From a virus (taxonomy: Duplodnaviria > Caudoviricetes): a stretch of 64,000 nt of DNA. The stretch spans positions 1 to 64,000 of IMG/VR virus record IMGVR_UViG_3300030095_005132, one strand, 5' to 3'. The notes beneath the pieces are model-generated. The model searched no databases, was not told the origin of the DNA, and saw nothing but the letters and a program-made list of their open reading frames with translations. Positions 16,798-25,807 of the stretch are shown piece after piece (position 1 is the stretch's first letter; each line of letters starts with the position of its first letter). The translations under genes were made by a program, and so were the position numbers.

Positions 16798-17218
16798 AAG
16801 TACATTTGAAAAGAATGGTGGTTACTTCATTGATGGGGTAGCATATATGGATTGTAAGGTAACGGGTGAGCCTGTTGCTAATGTAAGTACGGAGGCAGCA
16901 TCCGTAATAGGTAGTAGGGCTGTGATGGGTATGGTAGGAATACCCGAAGAACCTAAAAAGAAAGAACCTACAGGTCGTCCTGCTGGGTGGCACTTTATGA
17001 ATGAGTTTGTGGACAAATGGGGTAATGTATTTCATAAGGGTGTAGAACAACCTAAGTTAAAAGGCACCAGACCTGTGACATTATCTAAAGAAAAGAAAAA
17101 GATTCTAAGGAGAACAAAAGAAGAGATACTTATTGCCAGAGAGGCTGAGAAGAAAGCGGCTTTGAAAAAAGCAGTTAAGAAGCAAAAGGATTTCATCAAC
17201 CATAAATTTGGAGAATAG
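16790..17218 (+). CDS. Conserved phage hypothetical protein
   Basis: GRPAGWHFMNEFVDKWGNVFHKG motif. Confidence 0.7.
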   Translation: MAKSTFEKNGGYFIDGVAYMDCKVTGEPVANVSTEAASVIGSRAVMGMVGIPEEPKKKEPTGRPAGWHFMNEFVDKWGNVFHKGVEQPKLKGTRPVTLSKEKKKILRRTKEEILIAREAEKKAALKKAVKKQKDFINHKFGE

Positions 17219-17521
17219 GTGGCTAAATACAATAAACCATTAAATAGGGATTATTTCAAAAAAAGGAATAATCCCAAATGGGATAAAAAAGGTCCTCAAG
17301 TAACTAAGTGTTGTAATCAAGATGTAGACCACGAAGTTTTAAATGTAAAAAATAAAAAAGACTGGGAACTTATTGAAGATTATATTGAAGAGAAGCTACG
17401 AGAATATTCAAGTACAATAAGTATTACACCTGTATCTTGTAAAACCTGTGGTAGACTCTTAGAGTATATTTCAGAAGTTGATGTAAATAAAACACAAGGA
17501 TATCGTGAAAAAAATAATTAA
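17219..17521 (+). CDS. Hypothetical protein, possible Zn ribbon
   Basis: TKCC and CKTCG. Confidence 0.55.
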   Translation: MAKYNKPLNRDYFKKRNNPKWDKKGPQVTKCCNQDVDHEVLNVKNKKDWELIEDYIEEKLREYSSTISITPVSCKTCGRLLEYISEVDVNKTQGYREKNN

Positions 17522-18134
17522 TTGTTTTAAGAAAAATAATCCGTTAATACAGAAAAAACTAAAAGAGGTTACACTTGAAGAAGGAAGAGCTATTGCCACA
17601 GAACTATTTCAGATACTTAACAAAAGAAAAGACGGTATTGGGTTGGCAGCTAATCAAGTGGGTATTGATGCCCAAGTGGCTGTTGTTAATGTACGAGAAC
17701 CTATCGCTCTCATCAATCCAAAAATTATTTCAAAGGATGATGAGATTCCTTATTATGAAGGATGTTTAAGTTTTCCAAGTAAGGGATGTCATACTAAAAG
17801 ATACGAAACTATCGAAGTTACATCATTAGGTGTAGAAGGTAGTTTATTATTTAGTGGTGTTGATATAGGAGAATCTGGAAAAGGTAGTTGGGAAGATGGT
17901 GAACTAGAAGAGGAAGATAGAACACTTAGAACTTTAGAAGCTGTATGTGTTCAACATGAAATAGACCACTTAAATGGAGTAAGGATTATGGATAGAGTAA
18001 GAGATACCACTATAGTATCTGAAAAAAAGATAGGTAGAAACCATCTTGTTACAATTAAAAGAAATGATGCAGTTAAAGTATTGAAGTATAAAAAAGCTCA
18101 AAAGTTTTTAAGCGAAGGTTGGGAAATAAAATGA
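17505..18134 (+). CDS. def: Peptide deformylase
   Basis: GIGLAANQVG, EGCLS, QHEIDHLNG. Confidence 0.95.
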   Translation: MKKIINCFKKNNPLIQKKLKEVTLEEGRAIATELFQILNKRKDGIGLAANQVGIDAQVAVVNVREPIALINPKIISKDDEIPYYEGCLSFPSKGCHTKRYETIEVTSLGVEGSLLFSGVDIGESGKGSWEDGELEEEDRTLRTLEAVCVQHEIDHLNGVRIMDRVRDTTIVSEKKIGRNHLVTIKRNDAVKVLKYKKAQKFLSEGWEIK

Positions 18135-18271
18135 ATAATTGGGATAAAGTAGAAAAGAAAAAAAGAATAACAACTCAACAAGATATAAATATGATATATT
18201 TTAAAACAGGGTTATTTGTATTGGTAGCAATAGCATACTTTTATTTTGTAATATTAGGAATGGATATATGA
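18131..18271 (+). CDS. Small membrane protein (46 aa)
   Basis: ATGA overlaps both sides; C-terminal TM. Confidence 0.55.
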   Translation: MNNWDKVEKKKRITTQQDINMIYFKTGLFVLVAIAYFYFVILGMDI

Positions 18272-18672
18272 AAATTAGGGATATCGTTAGACCTTTATTA
18301 CAAGAGATATATCAGCCGGATGGTTGGAAGATGTTAACCTGCTGTATGTTATTGAATCTAACCAACAGAAAACAGGTGGATACAATCAGAGATGAGTTGT
18401 TCAAACGATATCCGACACCAAAGAAAATGATGAAGGCTAATCAATCAGAACTAGCAGAGTTACTGAAACCATTGGGGCTATATAATAGACGAGCCAAATC
18501 ATTGAAGAAAATGAGTGAGGGTTATGTCAAGGGATTTAAATCTGTTGACGAGTTGTATGGGATAGGTCAGTATGCTAAAGATTCTTGGGAAATATTTCAG
18601 AACAATAATAGGAAAGTAAATCCAATGGATAAGGTTTTGCAGGAATATTTAAGGGTAGAATATGGAAAATGA
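18268..18672 (+). CDS. MBD4-like HhH-GPD DNA glycosylase
   Basis: WKMLTCCMLLNLT, LKPLGLYNRRA, LYGIGQYAKDSWEIF, PMDKVL. Confidence 0.85.
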   Translation: MKIRDIVRPLLQEIYQPDGWKMLTCCMLLNLTNRKQVDTIRDELFKRYPTPKKMMKANQSELAELLKPLGLYNRRAKSLKKMSEGYVKGFKSVDELYGIGQYAKDSWEIFQNNNRKVNPMDKVLQEYLRVEYGK

Positions 18673-18860
18673 TTTAACAGATCCAGCGTTTAGTAACACG
18701 CCACAGGCTCCAGAGAAATGGCAAGTCATAGTTTGGTGTTTGTGTATTTTTGTGGCTGTAACAACAGAGGTGGTAAGGCATAAAATAGAAAAAAATAAAA
18801 CGGAGATAATAAATGAAAAAGACAACGATTAGTATATAAGGTTTTGCAGGAATATTTAAG
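18629..18860 (+). repeat. 25-bp direct repeat flanking a small gene
   Basis: ATAAGGTTTTGCAGGAATATTTAAG at 18629-18653 and 18836-18860. Confidence 0.85.
18662..18832 (+). CDS. Small membrane protein (56 aa)
   Basis: MENDLTDPAFSNTPQAPEKWQVIVWCLCIFVAV... Confidence 0.5.
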   Translation: MENDLTDPAFSNTPQAPEKWQVIVWCLCIFVAVTTEVVRHKIEKNKTEIINEKDND

Positions 18861-18881
18861 AGTAACACAAGGAGATTAATA

Positions 18882-19055
18882 ATGGCATTTAAAGATATTT
18901 TAAAAGTAGAAAATGGCTGGGATTTATATAGATTAATAATATTTTTTATTATTTCACCAATCATTGGTATATTTATGACCATAGGATTAATAGGAACTTC
19001 AGTTGGGATGATATGTATGTATATAAATGAAAAAATAAAGGAAATGCTTTTATGA
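18882..19055 (+). CDS. Small membrane protein (57 aa)
   Basis: SD AAGGAG; hydrophobic; ATGA overlap with next gene. Confidence 0.55.
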   Translation: MAFKDILKVENGWDLYRLIIFFIISPIIGIFMTIGLIGTSVGMICMYINEKIKEMLL

Positions 19056-19375
19056 ATAAAATAAAAATATATTGGGATATAATATCTCCTGTAATTAAAA
19101 TACTATTAATTGGATTGGGTATGTTTTTTGTAATAGGATTGGTTCTTAGTATACCATTATGTTTACTTTGGAATTGGTTAATGCCGATTATATTTAATTT
19201 ACCAAACATAACTATACCACAGGCATTTGGTTTATCGATACTGATTACATTATTGTCTCCAAAAAATTTAGATTTTTCTAAAAAGAAAGCTGCTGTACAA
19301 CCTACAGCTGATGTTGAGTTGAATAAAAAATTAGCTAAAAGTTTGGATGATCTTACATCACAATTTAAGAATTAA
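19052..19375 (+). CDS. Membrane protein
   Basis: LLWNWLMPIIFNLPNITIPQAFGL motif; TM helices. Confidence 0.7.
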   Translation: MNKIKIYWDIISPVIKILLIGLGMFFVIGLVLSIPLCLLWNWLMPIIFNLPNITIPQAFGLSILITLLSPKNLDFSKKKAAVQPTADVELNKKLAKSLDDLTSQFKN

Positions 19376-19407
19376 CCTATTTATATCCGAACAATCGGAG
19401 ATTATAT

Positions 19408-19557
19408 ATGTTAGATTTAGACTGGGTGTTACAGAGCTTGAAAGAAGCTAGAGACAATGGAGACTGGGGTTTAGTAAAAGAAGTAATAGCTTACTTAGAA
19501 AGTAGAGATGATTTTGATGAAGATGAAGATTGGTCAGATCATTTAGGAAATTTATAA
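19408..19557 (+). CDS. Small acidic protein (49 aa)
   Basis: SD GGAG; MLDLDWVLQSLKEARDNGDWGLVKEV... Confidence 0.55.
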   Translation: MLDLDWVLQSLKEARDNGDWGLVKEVIAYLESRDDFDEDEDWSDHLGNL

Positions 19558-19563
19558 AAATAT

Positions 19564-19965
19564 GGGGCTGTCATGGTTTCGACAGGTGTTTTTTGAAAAT
19601 AAAGTGCAACGGAGATTGAGTAGGTCTCGCTAAAAAAGACTCAACAAACTCAAATGGCGATAATTCGCTAGACGGGTTGGTCATTGATTGGCACCTAGCT
19701 GAGTATGATTACTCACCTATGGTTGCTGTCACTAATGACGAACCAACTTACGCTTACGCTTAAGTTACTGAGTTGTCTAACACTCGGTCATAAAATAAGT
19801 TAGACACCAACTCCTCATGTTATGAGTATAAAAGAACATACGGATCTATCCAAGAAAATAGTTGGTGTGTTGCAGGTACTGTCTCAGAGGGTTGGAACCT
19901 GATAAGTTGTGAATGACTTTTTTGATAAGACAGACTGGACAGGGGTTCGATTCCCCTCAGCTCCA
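19564..19965 (+). ncRNA. ssrA: tmRNA
   Basis: 5' GGGGCTGTCATGGTTTCGAC; 3' T-arm AGGGGTTCGATTCCCCT and CAGCTCCA giving Ala acceptor with G3.U70; internal tag ORF ending YAYA-stop; CCA not encoded. Confidence 0.93.
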
Positions 19966-19983
19966 CAAAATTAAGGAAATAAA

Positions 19984-20394
19984 ATGGCAGGAATATTATT
20001 ACCACCAGCAATAGCAGCTAAAGGTTTTGTTGACTCAGCAATACCGCTACATATTACAGCAATAGCTGCGGCTACTGGTTATGGGGCTGCTGTAACACCA
20101 GCAGTTACTGCTTTGACATCAGCAGTAACATCGGTTACTGCTATACAAACTGCTCTTACTCCAAGTGGAGCAATTGCTCCACCATCAAGATTGGGAATAA
20201 ATATAACAGCTGCTATTTTGACTCAACTAGCAGCTGTACTAACTGCTATAACTACAGCAACACCTGCAGCTGCTTTGTTACCAGAACCAACTGCTTCTAC
20301 AACTTTTACAACTGCTACCGGTATTGTTGCTGTACAACTGCCAATTATATCAACTGCTATAACAACAGGATTAATATTACCACAATCAGTATAA
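19984..20394 (+). CDS. Ala/Thr/Ile/Pro-rich nearly uncharged protein
   Basis: SD AAGGA; 136 aa with very few charged residues. Confidence 0.65.
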   Translation: MAGILLPPAIAAKGFVDSAIPLHITAIAAATGYGAAVTPAVTALTSAVTSVTAIQTALTPSGAIAPPSRLGINITAAILTQLAAVLTAITTATPAAALLPEPTASTTFTTATGIVAVQLPIISTAITTGLILPQSV

Positions 20395-20402
20395 AAAAAA
20401 CC

Positions 20403-20432
20403 TTGACTCGTATGCGCTTTCTTTTGTATATT
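20403..20432 (+). promoter_or_regulatory. Early sigma70-type promoter (copy 7)
   Basis: TTGACT-N18-TATATT. Confidence 0.72.
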
Positions 20433-20437
20433 CTTAT

Positions 20438-20794
20438 ATGAGAAAAAAGGAAAAAATAATGAACTTAAACGAAACAATTTATAATAGAAATCATATGATT
20501 GGTGTTGAGGAACTAGACCCACCATTCAGAGAAGTCACATTTGATAACTTAATGTTAGAGTTCTGTAAAGATTACACTACAAGTGAGTGTGATGATTTTG
20601 CAGTAGTTTGGGAAATGGTTGATGAAGAACTTCACATTTGTCAAATCTATAATCATGATACTGGTGAAGTATATTGGGAAGATGATTTTCAGGAAGATAC
20701 AATGTCATTTAGTGGTAGAGATTGGTCTGAAAATGATGAGATACTTTATTGTAGTCTTTTGATGTGGGCTGAAGTAAACCAAACGATAGCTTAA
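20438..20794 (+). CDS. Acidic hypothetical early protein
   Basis: Follows early promoter; very D/E rich. Confidence 0.65.
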   Translation: MRKKEKIMNLNETIYNRNHMIGVEELDPPFREVTFDNLMLEFCKDYTTSECDDFAVVWEMVDEELHICQIYNHDTGEVYWEDDFQEDTMSFSGRDWSENDEILYCSLLMWAEVNQTIA

Positions 20795-20846
20795 AATAAA
20801 ATAAAAATAAAATTGTATTTCAGGTTATATATAGATATATATTATT

Positions 20847-20918
20847 GCGGAGGAAGTGTTATAGGAAACACACTTCCTTTCCAAGGAAGAGATGTTGGTT
20901 CGACTCCAATCCTCCGCT
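20847..20918 (+). tRNA. tRNA-Gly (anticodon TCC)
   Basis: Acceptor GCGGAGG/CCTCCGC, D stem GTGT/ACAC, anticodon arm CTTCC-TTTCCAA-GGAAG, T loop TTCGACT, U73; CCA not encoded. Confidence 0.92.
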
Positions 20919-20976
20919 CAAAATTTTGGCCAGCTAGGCTATTTACTAATTGATAATTAAATAAAGAGAGTACCAC

Positions 20977-22170
20977 ATGGGTTTTAATGATTTCTTCGAT
21001 GAAGAAAAATTTGACTTCGATGCTGAACGCAAGAAGTTTATCGATAACTTAGACTTTCTCAAGTCTATGTCTGTACAAGAACAAACATTATATAAAAAGT
21101 ATATGGAGTTTAATGCTGATGTCTATTCAATGACTCAGAAAGCATCTAAATTTTCTAAGATAGAAAGTGCTATTTGGACACCTAAAGATATTAATAATAA
21201 GGAACAGACTATCAAAGAGATAGAAGCCTTAGAACCTTATGTAGAACCAACGGAACAAGGTAATACCGAACAGAATGAGATGTGGACATTGGTTCGTAGA
21301 TTAATTCACACTATGGAGTTTACTGCTAATCCTGGCAGAAACCTAAAATTCTATGTTAAAGATAAACCAACAGGTAAGATATTGGGAATCATCTGTATGG
21401 GTTCTGATGTTACTTCATTGGGAGCTAGGGATAAGTTCATAGGGTGGACTAAGGATAATAAATTTAAAGATGGTAAACTTAAATATACCTCTATCGGTAC
21501 AACTATCTGTTGCGCTCAACCATTAGGTTTTAACTTCTTAGGTGGTAAGCTGGTAGCTGCTTTGGTTACATCATCAGTAGTTAGGGATGCTTGGAAGAAA
21601 ACATATGGACAAACTTTGGTTGGTGCTTCTACTACATCCCTTTATGGTATTCATTCAATGTATAACTCTATTCCACTTTGGAAAACATTAGGTTCATCAT
21701 CAGGTAAGATTGCTCTTAAACCAGATGACTCTACATATGAGGTGTGGCATGATTGGTTAAAAGAAAATCAAACTGATGAGTACAAGAGACAGACTACACA
21801 GAAAGAAGGTGTAGCAGGTCCTCCAACAGGTGTAAAACAGAAAGTTATCAATATGATATTCAGAGCAGTTGGGGTAAAAGCATCAACCTATATGCATGGA
21901 TTCAAACGTGGTATCTTTTTTGCTGACATCTACGAGAATGGTAAGGAGTTCTTACGTGGTGAGGTAGAAGAAAAAGATTTAAAGATGAGAAAGAAGTATA
22001 GTGATGATAGTGATTACGTTATGAATTGGTGGAAACCAAAGGCTATTAGAAGATATACTAAGTTATTCGATGAAGGTAAGCTTAAACCAGAGAAGTTATT
22101 CTACGGTGATATCGTAGGTAAGACTTGGGAAGAAACTAAAGAGATGTATTTAAGTGAGGTTGGAAGATAA
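20977..22170 (+). CDS. DUF4338 / Druantia DruA-like protein
   Basis: NPGRNLKFYV, LGARDKFIGW, QPLGFNFLGGKL, TTSLYG..SMYN. Confidence 0.7.
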   Translation: MGFNDFFDEEKFDFDAERKKFIDNLDFLKSMSVQEQTLYKKYMEFNADVYSMTQKASKFSKIESAIWTPKDINNKEQTIKEIEALEPYVEPTEQGNTEQNEMWTLVRRLIHTMEFTANPGRNLKFYVKDKPTGKILGIICMGSDVTSLGARDKFIGWTKDNKFKDGKLKYTSIGTTICCAQPLGFNFLGGKLVAALVTSSVVRDAWKKTYGQTLVGASTTSLYGIHSMYNSIPLWKTLGSSSGKIALKPDDSTYEVWHDWLKENQTDEYKRQTTQKEGVAGPPTGVKQKVINMIFRAVGVKASTYMHGFKRGIFFADIYENGKEFLRGEVEEKDLKMRKKYSDDSDYVMNWWKPKAIRRYTKLFDEGKLKPEKLFYGDIVGKTWEETKEMYLSEVGR

Positions 22171-23173
22171 GTTGAAATTTTATAATAGAAATAAAACAAA
22201 AAAAGAAGTTTGGGGGCAAGATAAATTACATCAACAAGGTTCAACAAGACTTAGAGGGTACGGTCATGCTGAAATGAAATCATTTAGTATAGATAAGAGT
22301 AAATGTTGGAATTGCAATAAATCAACTAGAGTTGAAGTTATGCATTTAAAAGCAGCTGGTGATTTTTTAGATGATAGCTTAGTTGGTGAAATAAATCATC
22401 CTAATAATTTATTTTGTGGATGTAAGTCTTGCCATTCATATTTTGATAAACCAAAATTTAAAGATGTTGAATGGTTATATCATAAAAATGAAATTTTTGT
22501 AAAGGCTTTAGAGTGGTCTAAAAGAAATAAACATTGGGTTGACAGTTTTAAAAATTTTAAATCACCAATTAACTTTTTAGAAGAAATAGATAAAATTTCA
22601 GCTGAAATAGCTAGAAGGGATAAATTTTTTGATGTGTATGGTGGTAGTAGTCATCTTGAAAAACCATTTTCAAAATACAAAAAAAGTAATGAATTACTTT
22701 TAAAGATTAGAAGAAGTACAAAAAAAGAAGCTTTGGTAGAACCAAGAGGTGGTTCTCAATATCAATCTATAAGAGAACACGCAAGAGCTGAGGCTTACAA
22801 ACACAAATTTACTAATAAATGTATGGTAAGTGGATGTACTAATAATCACTCTACACCTGAAATTTCACACTTATATGATATTCCAGAGTGGCCGGCTAAT
22901 ACACCATTAGGTATTATAAATCACCCAAAAAACTTGAGGGCATTGTGTAGATATCACAATGATATGTTTGACAATCAAAAAAATATAGATTCTAAAGATT
23001 ATGATAGCTTATTAAATAGATTAAATACTGGATGGAGGAGGTTTGTTCAAAAAAATAAATTTAAATATAAAATTATTAATAAAGTTAAATATGTTTATAA
23101 TGAAATGAATCCTCTTAGGTATCATATTGATAAACCAAAGGATTTAGGTAAAGGAAAGGGATTTTGGGAATAA
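22154..23173 (+). CDS. Protein with two HNH-like endonuclease modules
   Basis: CWNC..EVMH..INHPNNLFCGCKSCHSYFD and CMVSGC..EISH..INHPKNLRALCRYHNDMFD. Confidence 0.75.
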   Translation: MRLEDKLKFYNRNKTKKEVWGQDKLHQQGSTRLRGYGHAEMKSFSIDKSKCWNCNKSTRVEVMHLKAAGDFLDDSLVGEINHPNNLFCGCKSCHSYFDKPKFKDVEWLYHKNEIFVKALEWSKRNKHWVDSFKNFKSPINFLEEIDKISAEIARRDKFFDVYGGSSHLEKPFSKYKKSNELLLKIRRSTKKEALVEPRGGSQYQSIREHARAEAYKHKFTNKCMVSGCTNNHSTPEISHLYDIPEWPANTPLGIINHPKNLRALCRYHNDMFDNQKNIDSKDYDSLLNRLNTGWRRFVQKNKFKYKIINKVKYVYNEMNPLRYHIDKPKDLGKGKGFWE

Positions 23174-23179
23174 AAAGAC

Positions 23180-23209
23180 TTGACTTGTATGTCATTTTAT
23201 TTGTATATT
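23180..23209 (+). promoter_or_regulatory. Early sigma70-type promoter (copy 8)
   Basis: TTGACT-N18-TATATT. Confidence 0.72.
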
Positions 23210-23255
23210 TAGATATAATTAAACAGATAACAATTAATAATTAAGGAAATAAAAA

Positions 23256-24464
23256 ATGAATAAATTAAAAACTACAAATAGAGGTGGAAAACTTTTTGCT
23301 AATGCAAATGATATAGAATATAATCCAATGAACCCCAAATTGTATACTGACAAAAAAGTGGAAGAGGCTAAAGCAAAGGAAATAGCTAAGACTTATATAG
23401 ATAGAGTAGACAGAGGTTTGACTCCAAATGAACAACCGATTATGATTTACAAAAATGATATTATGGCTCAGGTTGGAAATACTAGAACGTGGGGTGGTCG
23501 AATCGCTAATGTTCCTGTTTGGGTTGTATTTAGTGAAGTAGAAAAACCAGATTTTAAAAGTAATCCTTATGACGCATTAATGGATTTAAAAACTTCAAAT
23601 ATATTTCGTGCTCCAACTTACCGAACTAAAGTTGATGCTGTAATTGAGCTCAATAAATCTTATATGAATCAGTTTGGTGTAGAGAGACCTGCGGATGTAA
23701 AAGAAGAACATCGTAAAGAAATGAAGATTGCGAAAAAAACATTAAAGCAGTTATTAGAAATCAATACGAAAAAACCAGAGCTGATAAAGGAAATAGATGA
23801 AGGTAATTATTCAGTTCAAAAGGCTTATGATGAAGCTACAGGTAAACTTACAGTAAAGGTTACAGGTTCTACTAATCCCAATCAAGATTGGAGTCCTATT
23901 TACACAAATGAATTTTTTACCAGATGTTTTAATCGTGTTGGTAATTTCATACAAAAGACTTTTGATTTAAATTGTACAATTGGTTCTGACGATTTTTACC
24001 CTTTTCCTAATTTTGCTACACCATCTATATCTAGTTTGATTTCATATTTATGTGAACAAGTAGGAAGTGCAATTTTATTGGATGATGGTTATGATGTAAA
24101 AGCTGCTACTGGAAATAGAAAAGATGCTGATATAACTCATAATGATGTTGGAGATAAAGTTGAAATTAAAGTAACAGGATTCAAAGGTACTGCTACTACT
24201 TGGAGTGGTGGTAGAGGTATAAGAGAAGGTCAGTATATTTTGGTAACATATGATGAATTAGCTCAAAATTGGTTAATTATATTTACTTCTTTAACAAAAG
24301 CTGACTGGATTATAGCTGGAATAGAAACTAGATTGCCTATTAAAAAAGTATATAATAATCACAAAGATGATAAAGATTTTAGAATAGTTTGTGGTGATAT
24401 TAAAATGATGAAAAATAATGTTTATCCTCAAATCGAACCTTTGACTTCAATAGCTGGAAAGTAA
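23256..24464 (+). CDS. ParB/Srx-like N-terminal domain fused to probable PD-(D/E)xK nuclease domain
   Basis: NPMNPKLY, QPIMI, VGNTR, SNIFR; C-terminal DADITH...VEIKVT. Confidence 0.55.
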   Translation: MNKLKTTNRGGKLFANANDIEYNPMNPKLYTDKKVEEAKAKEIAKTYIDRVDRGLTPNEQPIMIYKNDIMAQVGNTRTWGGRIANVPVWVVFSEVEKPDFKSNPYDALMDLKTSNIFRAPTYRTKVDAVIELNKSYMNQFGVERPADVKEEHRKEMKIAKKTLKQLLEINTKKPELIKEIDEGNYSVQKAYDEATGKLTVKVTGSTNPNQDWSPIYTNEFFTRCFNRVGNFIQKTFDLNCTIGSDDFYPFPNFATPSISSLISYLCEQVGSAILLDDGYDVKAATGNRKDADITHNDVGDKVEIKVTGFKGTATTWSGGRGIREGQYILVTYDELAQNWLIIFTSLTKADWIIAGIETRLPIKKVYNNHKDDKDFRIVCGDIKMMKNNVYPQIEPLTSIAGK

Positions 24465-25807
24465 TGAACATATTCAACTTCACAGATGTCGAGGATAACG
24501 ACAAAGAATACAAATACAAAATACTTGTATATCCAAATATAACCTTTCTAAAGGATTTGGAAAAGGATTCTTATGTTGTTGTTCTCGGCAACATCATTAG
24601 AGAACTAAATAAGATACGTGATGATTTATTCTTTACAATAATATCTCCATCTCATATCAATAGTTTAGAGTTTGAGAATACAGAACAGATTATAGCTCCT
24701 CAAATCAGTTATCCTAATTCTATGAGAATGGCTTTTCCATATAAGGAAGTATTTGCCGGTCTTAAATGGAAAGAGAATGATTATGATATTGTGTATTCTC
24801 ATTTGCCAGAACATACAGGTAATCTAAAGAATCTATTATATAACTCTACCAACATATCACCAGCCATCATAGGTTATACTCATTGGACAGAGTTTAAAGA
24901 GATTACCAATTATGAATATCAGGTTGGTTTAGCTTACAATATAGTTGGTCTTTTACAGATGAGTAAGTGTGGTATTAATACACAAGCTCAAAAAGATTTG
25001 GTATTGAAGAATGCTAAAGAGTATTTTAATGATGATGTAGTATCTAAGTTAGATAAGATATTAGAACCACAATACCTTGGATGGGAAACACCCAAGTACG
25101 AAAAACAAACCACAGATAAAAAGATTATTGTTTACAATCACAGGCCACACACCTACAAAAACTATCCGTGGTTTTTAGAACAGATGGATAAGTTATGGGA
25201 GAAGAGACAAGACTTTGAAGTGTGGGTGCCGCTTGCAGAAAGTAGAGAAAGAGAATACATCACCAATGAGAAGTTTGATAGGGTAGGTTACTTCTCTAAG
25301 CTATCTTCTTGTCGAGTCGGTGTATGTTGTAGGCAAAAGTATGAAGGGTGGGCTATATCCGCTACTGATGGTATGAGTGTAGGAGTTCCTTATTTATTTT
25401 CAGATGACGGGAGTTATCACGAATTAGCTGGTGATGATGGTGTGTATTATTATAATGTCGATGATGCACTAATAGATACCATAGAACCTTTTTTAGATGA
25501 TGATTTTCTAAGGGATAAATATTCTGAGAAAGCTTTGAATAGATTTGAAAAAGGTAAATGGAGTAATGCTATAAATCAATTTAATAATATGATTAATGAA
25601 ACAACCGATGGTTTACCGATGTTAAAAGAAGATACAGAATCATATAATAAAGTCGTAGACTTTATTCACAAAAAGAAGTCGGTAACCAGAAAACAAATAT
25701 TAGAACATCTTGGTTGGGGTGTGAGGATATCCTTTAGCGGCTATCGTAATAGGTTAAGAAATGAACCTACAATAAGATTTACAAAAAATAGATATGAGGT
25801 TAGATAA
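24464..25807 (+). CDS. GT-B fold glycosyltransferase (possible DNA-modifying)
   Basis: YDIVYSHLPEH, IVYNHR...KNY, YEGWAISATDGMSVGVPY; short C-terminal winged-helix-like tail. Confidence 0.8.
   Translation: MNIFNFTDVEDNDKEYKYKILVYPNITFLKDLEKDSYVVVLGNIIRELNKIRDDLFFTIISPSHINSLEFENTEQIIAPQISYPNSMRMAFPYKEVFAGLKWKENDYDIVYSHLPEHTGNLKNLLYNSTNISPAIIGYTHWTEFKEITNYEYQVGLAYNIVGLLQMSKCGINTQAQKDLVLKNAKEYFNDDVVSKLDKILEPQYLGWETPKYEKQTTDKKIIVYNHRPHTYKNYPWFLEQMDKLWEKRQDFEVWVPLAESREREYITNEKFDRVGYFSKLSSCRVGVCCRQKYEGWAISATDGMSVGVPYLFSDDGSYHELAGDDGVYYYNVDDALIDTIEPFLDDDFLRDKYSEKALNRFEKGKWSNAINQFNNMINETTDGLPMLKEDTESYNKVVDFIHKKKSVTRKQILEHLGWGVRISFSGYRNRLRNEPTIRFTKNRYEVR

Noticed and set aside
18629-18860. Mini-CRISPR or IS element
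   Set aside because: Only two repeat copies 207 bp apart with an ORF between; no transposase or terminal inverted repeats
20977-22170. Complete Druantia defence system
   Set aside because: Only a DruA-like gene; no DruE helicase or other dru genes
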